A stretch of 64,000 bases of DNA from Candidatus Multivoradales bacterium (GTDB taxonomy: Bacteria > Acidobacteriota > Thermoanaerobaculia > Multivoradales > J023), in the NCBI GenBank assembly GCA_965248925.1, contig CBDFLE010000006.1:4864001-4928000 (forward strand), written 5' to 3'. Position numbers and translations under genes: made by a program. Position 1 is the first letter of the stretch, and each line of letters opens with the position of its first letter. The notes beneath the pieces are model-generated. The model ran no database searches, was not told the DNA's origin, and saw only the letters and a program-made list of their open reading frames with translations. This document shows positions 58,715 to 64,000 of the stretch, in pieces.

Positions 58715-59053
58715 ATGCACCACGACGAGTTGCTCTTTGTAGGTACCCATGGCCACGTCCTTGCCCTCAACAAGGCAAACGGCAGGGAGGTTTGGGCGAC
58801 CAGCCTGCCCAAGACTGGTTACTCACTGGTATCGATCTTGGTGGACGATGGAGTGCTCTTCTGTGCCTCAGGCGGCCGCACCTTCGCTCTCGATATCTCT
58901 AACGGTGAGGTCCTGTGGACCAATCAGCTCAAAGGCAAAGGCAGCGGCTTGGTTTACTTGGCCAGCATCAATCAGGCAAGTACTGAGACCCCTTTCGCCA
59001 GTGAAGCGGAGGCAGCCAAGAGGCGAGCCGCGGCGGCTCGCGCCGCATCCTAA
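58715..59053 (+). CDS. Small PQQ-binding-like beta-propeller repeat protein
   Basis: Two ALxxxxGxxxW repeats; AGGAG RBS. Confidence 0.85.
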   Translation: MHHDELLFVGTHGHVLALNKANGREVWATSLPKTGYSLVSILVDDGVLFCASGGRTFALDISNGEVLWTNQLKGKGSGLVYLASINQASTETPFASEAEAAKRRAAAARAAS

Positions 59054-59106
59054 GGAGATTTGGTCCTCCCCTTGAGGAAAAATGCCCCGCCGCAAATCCG
59101 CGGCCC

Positions 59107-62100
59107 TCAGTCTCGCCCCTCCACGGTCCACCGCGGCACCCTTCCTGGAGTCCAGTTGCCGCCGGCGTCCTCGAGTTCTCCCTCTAGCTGCCGCAGGTCG
59201 ACTTCTACTAGCTGGCGGAGACGGGTGAGCAGTGGCGCCAGGGCCTTGCTGGCGACCTGGTAAGCCGTGCGGTAGCTCTCCGTGGGCGCCGAAGTGGAGT
59301 TCCAATGGCCTGAGACGATGTCGTCGACGCAGCTGGAAATCGACGGCGGAGTGGGCGTCGAGCGCGACCTCAAGGTGCTATCGCCGCTCAGCTCGGTGCT
59401 GATCTGGTGCAGCTGATCGCCGAGGGCGCGGGCGCGCTCAAGCAGTGCCAGGTCGGCGGCTGGAGCTTCGAGTATTGAGCGCTCGACCAGGGCCAAGCGG
59501 CCTTCGGTCTCGTCCACGGAGTAGATCGCGCCGAGCATGGCGCGCTGCAAGCTAGCGGTTTGACGCTGGAATTTGCTCAGCTCGGCGCGGTCGGCCGCCG
59601 CTAAAGTGGCACTGCCCAGTGGCGCGGTGGTGAAGTTCTGCGGCTCGCCGAAGGGGGCGGCGACGCCATCGACGACGGTGGCCATTTCGACGGTGAGTAC
59701 CCCGGGCACGGTCAGCGGACCCTGGCGCGGCGGCGAGAAGGGTCCCGGCGCTTGCGGCTCCAACTCGGTGGGCTCGGGGGTGGGGAAGCGTAGATCCCAG
59801 CTAATGCGGTGGAAGCCAGCGCTGACCGGTCCGGTGAGACGGCGGATCACCGCCCCGGTGGCGTCGCGCACGGTCAGGCGCACGGTCGGCGCGATCTCGC
59901 GATCCTCGGCTCGCAGCTCATCCCAACTAGGGAAGGTGGTTGCCTCGCCAGCTTCGCGAGCGTCGCTCTCTGCCTCGTGGCGCCGCTCCTCGCGGGTTTG
60001 CAGACCCTTGGCTAAATAGTAGGTGAAGACCGCGCCGTTGGGCGGGTTCTCGGCGGCGAACAGACCATCGCCCTGGAAGCTCTTGCCGGGAGTGCCCAAA
60101 GGGAAAGCAGTGATGAAAACCGAGGTGTCTTTGACCGGGAAAGCGAGCGCCTGTTGCTGGTCGAGCTGCTCGACAGTGAGGCCGCGCAGGGGTGAGTAGT
60201 CGTCGAGCACCCAGAAGCCGCGACCGAAGGTGCCGAGCACCAGATCGACTTCGCGCTCTTGGATCTCCAGGTCGCGGACAGCGACGGTGGGCAAGCCGCC
60301 GGTGAGTTGGAACCAACGCTCGCCGCCATCGAGGGTGAAGAAGGCGCCGAATTCGGTGCCGGCGAAGAGCAGCTCGGGATGCTCGGGATCTTCGGCCAGG
60401 GCGTAGGTCGAGCCGCGCTCGGGCAGGTCACCGGTGATCGACACCCAACTGCGGCCGCGATCGGTGCTCTTCAGTAGGTAGGGGGCGAAGTCGCCACTTT
60501 TGTGGTTGTTGAAGACGGCATAGACGGTGTCGGCATGGTGGCGCGAGGTCACCAGAGCGTTGACGTAGGTGCGCTCGGGGATGCCCGGAAAGCTCTCTTC
60601 GCGGCGCCAATGCTGGCCGCCGTCTTCGCTGACTTGGATCAGGCCGTCGTCGCTGCCGGCGTAGAGCAGACCGGCGATTCGCGATGATTCAGTCAGCGCC
60701 ACCAGGTTGCCGTAGTTTGAGGTCGAACGGCCGCGGGCCACCGCTCCTTCCTCCCACACACGGCCCATCAATTCGAGTTGGTTGCGGTCTAGTTGGCGGC
60801 TCAAGTCGGGGCTGATGGCGCGCCAGCTGTCGCCCCGATCGTCGCTGCGGAAGACTCGGTTGGCGGCAAAGTACAAACGGCTCGGGGAGTGGGGTGAGAT
60901 CAGCAGCGGCGCATCCCAATTCCAGATCAGCGGCGGTTCGTCGGGTCCGAGCTTGGGCTGAATCTCGATGATCTCGCCGGAGCGCCGGTCGTGGCGCACC
61001 AGGTTGCCGTGCTGCCATTGGGCGTAGACGATGTTGGGGTCTTTAGGATCGACAGCCGGCTCGAAGCCATCGCCACCGACGGTGACGAACCAATCCGAGT
61101 TGATGATACCGGCGCCCGATGTGGTGCGCGACGGGCCGCCGAGGGTGAAGTTGTCTTGGGTGCCGCCGTAGATGTTGTAGAACGGCCGCGCGTCATCGAG
61201 CGCCAGTTTGTAGAACTGGGTGACCGGCAAATTGGCGATGAAGCTCCAGGTGGCGCCGCGGTCCCAAGTCTCGTAGATGCCGCCATCGCAGCCGTTGCGA
61301 AGGTGGCCGGTATCTTCGGGATCGATCCACAGGGCATGATTGTCGACATGTTTGAAGGTCTCGCCGACTCCGTTCCAGGTGCTGCCACCGTCTTCGGAGA
61401 CCTGCATCCAAGTGTCCATCGAGTAGATGCGCTCGGGCCGATGGGGATCGACGATTAGCTCTTGGTAGTACTGCGGACTACCGCTGGTGTAGTCTGACCG
61501 CCGCTGCCAGCTTTCGCCGCGATCCGTGGAGCGGAAGAAGCCACCGTCCTCGCCGCTGGCCTCGACGATGGCGTAGAGCAGATCCGGGTTCGATGGCGCC
61601 ACCGCCAAGCCGATGCGACCGACGTCGCCGCTAGGCAGGCCGCCCTCCAGCCGTCGCCAATGCTCGCCACCGTCGGTCGATTTGTGTACTCCGCCGCCGG
61701 GGCCGCCATTGATGAGATTCCACACCCGCCGTCGCCGTTGGTAGGTCACCGCGTAGAGAGTGTCCGGCTGCCGTGGATCGAGCAGCACTTCTGACACTCC
61801 GGTGTGCTCGTCGATCTCTAGGCTGAGCTGCCAGGTCTCGCCGCCATCGGAGGTCTTGTACAGTCCGCGGTCGCCGCCAGCGTTCCACAGTGGCCCCTGG
61901 GCGGCGACCCAGACCACTTGCGAATCGCGCGGGTCGACTTGGATCATGCCGATGTGCTCAGAGTGCGCCAGTCCCATGTGGGTCCAGCTCTGGCCGCCGT
62001 CGAGCGATTTGTAGACCCCGTCGCCATAGCCGACGCTGCGTTGACTGTTGTTTTCACCGGTGCCCACCCAAACGGTGTGCGGATTGCTCGGGTCGAGGGT

Positions 62101-62421
62101 CACGCAGCCGATCGAGGAAGAGCCCTGTTCGTCGAAGATCGGCGTCCAGGTGGTGCCGGCGTTGGTGGTTTTCCACACCCCCCCCGCCGCCGCCGCGGCG
62201 TAGTAGATCGACGGATTGTCGGGCTGTACCGCCAGGTCGACGATCCGCCCCGAGGTCACTGCCGGACCCAATTCGCGCAATGGTAGGCCGGCGAAGGTCG
62301 TCGTAGTGATCGCTGGTTCTGCTGCCGGAGTGGCTGCTTTCTCTTTCGACTTCTTTTTGCCGAAGGCGGCGGCTGGCAGGAGCAAGAGAACGACTGCGAG
62401 AGCGAAGCAAGTTGAGCGCAC
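59107..62421 (-). CDS. BNR/Asp-box (VPS10-like) glycosyl hydrolase-type protein
   Basis: Signal peptide; many SxDGGxTW Asp-boxes; GP..SGRI, GGTQDN. Confidence 0.93.
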   Translation of the reverse strand: MRSTCFALAVVLLLLPAAAFGKKKSKEKAATPAAEPAITTTTFAGLPLRELGPAVTSGRIVDLAVQPDNPSIYYAAAAAGGVWKTTNAGTTWTPIFDEQGSSSIGCVTLDPSNPHTVWVGTGENNSQRSVGYGDGVYKSLDGGQSWTHMGLAHSEHIGMIQVDPRDSQVVWVAAQGPLWNAGGDRGLYKTSDGGETWQLSLEIDEHTGVSEVLLDPRQPDTLYAVTYQRRRRVWNLINGGPGGGVHKSTDGGEHWRRLEGGLPSGDVGRIGLAVAPSNPDLLYAIVEASGEDGGFFRSTDRGESWQRRSDYTSGSPQYYQELIVDPHRPERIYSMDTWMQVSEDGGSTWNGVGETFKHVDNHALWIDPEDTGHLRNGCDGGIYETWDRGATWSFIANLPVTQFYKLALDDARPFYNIYGGTQDNFTLGGPSRTTSGAGIINSDWFVTVGGDGFEPAVDPKDPNIVYAQWQHGNLVRHDRRSGEIIEIQPKLGPDEPPLIWNWDAPLLISPHSPSRLYFAANRVFRSDDRGDSWRAISPDLSRQLDRNQLELMGRVWEEGAVARGRSTSNYGNLVALTESSRIAGLLYAGSDDGLIQVSEDGGQHWRREESFPGIPERTYVNALVTSRHHADTVYAVFNNHKSGDFAPYLLKSTDRGRSWVSITGDLPERGSTYALAEDPEHPELLFAGTEFGAFFTLDGGERWFQLTGGLPTVAVRDLEIQEREVDLVLGTFGRGFWVLDDYSPLRGLTVEQLDQQQALAFPVKDTSVFITAFPLGTPGKSFQGDGLFAAENPPNGAVFTYYLAKGLQTREERRHEAESDAREAGEATTFPSWDELRAEDREIAPTVRLTVRDATGAVIRRLTGPVSAGFHRISWDLRFPTPEPTELEPQAPGPFSPPRQGPLTVPGVLTVEMATVVDGVAAPFGEPQNFTTAPLGSATLAAADRAELSKFQRQTASLQRAMLGAIYSVDETEGRLALVERSILEAPAADLALLERARALGDQLHQISTELSGDSTLRSRSTPTPPSISSCVDDIVSGHWNSTSAPTESYRTAYQVASKALAPLLTRLRQLVEVDLRQLEGELEDAGGNWTPGRVPRWTVEGRD

Positions 62422-62688
62422 GGGTTCCCCCTAACGGAGAGAGTTGCGGCCGGAGACCGGAAACTGGCATGGTGATGGCGGATTCTAACCTCCCAGCAGG
62501 GGCCGGGCAGGGCGAGATCAGGGAAATCTCGGAGATCTACCCAAGTCGATCTAGGCGCGCCCGTGGGGTCGACTTTTGGGACCACCGGGATCGCTGTAGA
62601 TGTCGATGGGAGAAGATCGGCGGGGAGTGGGATTCTCTCGCTTGCCGAGCGGTTTGAAGATTCGCCTCTTCTCTGCCAGGCTCGTCAG

Positions 62689-63792
62689 ATGGAGGAGAAT
62701 GCGAACCGCCCAGCGTTGTTTGGTTGGTGGGGAGTCGTCCTGGTTTGGCTGGCGTGGGGCTTGGTCAACGTGCTGCGTCTCGGGGCGATGCCCGATTTCA
62801 GCTGGACCCAGGCGCTGAGCTACGGCCTTCCCGATGCCCTGCTCTGGGTTGTCGTCACGCCGCTGCTGGTGGCCGTGTCGCGACGCTTCGAGATCCACGG
62901 TGAACCTTGGCGGCGACACCTCGGGGTGCTGGCCCTGACCTCCGCCTTCGTAGTCTTGGGCCATACGGCAGTCGATTCTGGCCTGGCGGGTGCAGCGGCT
63001 GGGTTGCAGGGTGGCTTCGAGGCGGGGCTGGCAACCTGGTGGTCGGTTTTCATCAACGTGCTGCGTTATGAATTCCACACCCGTTTGCTGATCTGCACGC
63101 TGGTGATCGGCTTCGCCCATTACCAAATCTACGCTCGGCGGTTGGCTGAGCAGCAGTCCCGCGCCAGCCATCTGGCCGCCCAGCTGACCGCGGCCAAGTT
63201 AACCCACCTACGGCGTCAGCTGCGCCCTCACTTCCTGTTCAATGCGCTGAATTCCGTGTCGGCGTCGATGGCAGAATCGCCGCAGCGCGGTAGGCTAGTG
63301 GTGCGACGTCTTGGCGAACTGTTACGCGCCAGCTTGCGCGGTGAGCAGGAGCAGTGGCTCTCCCTGGAGAAGGAACTCGACTTGGTACGCGCCTATCTCG
63401 AGATCGAACAGGTTCGTTTTGAGGATCGGATAGAGATTCGGATCGACGCCGAGCCAACGGCCTTGGCTTGCGCGGTCCCGGCGCTGATCTTGCAACCGAT
63501 TGTCGAGAACGCCGTCTGCCATGGCATCGCTTCGCGCATCGAGGGCGGCACCATCGCCGTGCGCGCCCATCTGGACGGCCCGCGCTTGCTGCTCGAAGTC
63601 GAAGACAATGGCAGCGGCGTGCCAGTTGGCGCCGAACTGTCGCAGGCCGCCGCGGAAGGAATCGGCCTGGCAAACATTCGTCAACGCCTTGAGGTTCTCT
63701 ACGGCAGCGACGCCAGCCTACATTTCGCGGCGGGCGTGGCGGGGGCGCTGGTGCGGATTTCCCTGCCTCGGCGGCAGCGTGAGGCGGCGTGA
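62689..63792 (+). CDS. LytS/YehU-family sensor histidine kinase
   Basis: QLRPHFLFNALN, QPIVENAVCHG, DNG.G, GIGLANI. Confidence 0.93.
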   Translation: MEENANRPALFGWWGVVLVWLAWGLVNVLRLGAMPDFSWTQALSYGLPDALLWVVVTPLLVAVSRRFEIHGEPWRRHLGVLALTSAFVVLGHTAVDSGLAGAAAGLQGGFEAGLATWWSVFINVLRYEFHTRLLICTLVIGFAHYQIYARRLAEQQSRASHLAAQLTAAKLTHLRRQLRPHFLFNALNSVSASMAESPQRGRLVVRRLGELLRASLRGEQEQWLSLEKELDLVRAYLEIEQVRFEDRIEIRIDAEPTALACAVPALILQPIVENAVCHGIASRIEGGTIAVRAHLDGPRLLLEVEDNGSGVPVGAELSQAAAEGIGLANIRQRLEVLYGSDASLHFAAGVAGALVRISLPRRQREAA

Positions 63793-64000
63793 ATACGTTA
63801 TCTGGCGAGCGGTTACGAGTGTTGATCGTCGACGACGAGGCCGCCGGTCGGCGCCTGCTGGCCGATTTGCTCGAGCAAGAACCCGGGATCGACATCGTCG
63901 GCATTTGCAAGCATGGGGACGAAGCGCTGACCGTGCTCGGCGCATGCAGGGTCGACTTGCTTTTTCTCGACATTCGTATGCCGGGGAAGGACGGTTTCGA
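63789..64000 (+). CDS. Response regulator (likely LytTR), truncated by window end
   Basis: RVLIVDDE..DLLFLDIRMPGKDGF; GTGA overlap with kinase. Confidence 0.9.
   Translation, partial: MNTLSGERLRVLIVDDEAAGRRLLADLLEQEPGIDIVGICKHGDEALTVLGACRVDLLFLDIRMPGKDGF

Overview
GC-rich bacterial accessory region. The protein families present (C-terminal IFxDGFE tail, HTH-TPR regulators with an AWAWxGNARR motif, ECF/Ser-Thr kinase pair, signal-peptide RHS protein) suggest a Thermoanaerobaculia-like Acidobacteriota host; this is inference only. No rRNA, tRNA or CRISPR array was seen. Recognisable genes: an S8 protease, SDR, dnaE2, pRiA4b-family protein, TolC/MFP/RND efflux operon, K+ channel, ECF sigma plus TPR kinase, PspA, a two-gene TIR locus, an RHS toxin with an HExxH tip and candidate immunity genes, a BNR/VPS10 protein and a LytS/LytTR pair. 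Two near-identical 2529-bp DDE insertion sequences lie in inverted orientation. One splits an AraC-HTH-TPR regulator and the other sits inside a ~0.2-kb IS3 relic. Each carries three copies of a 20-bp palindrome, two of them inside the transposase ORF. The best candidate for an undescribed system is a module present twice (8.4-9.5 kb and 48.1-49.2 kb): an HTH-TPR regulator next to two PCD/DCoH-fold genes lacking the catalytic His-His, separated by a sequence-conserved hairpin and followed by a conserved helical gene. The second candidate is the TIR-TM-WD40 plus multi-TM-TIR pair. Several genes carry frameshifts or premature stops. All family calls come from motif recognition by eye; no searches were run.
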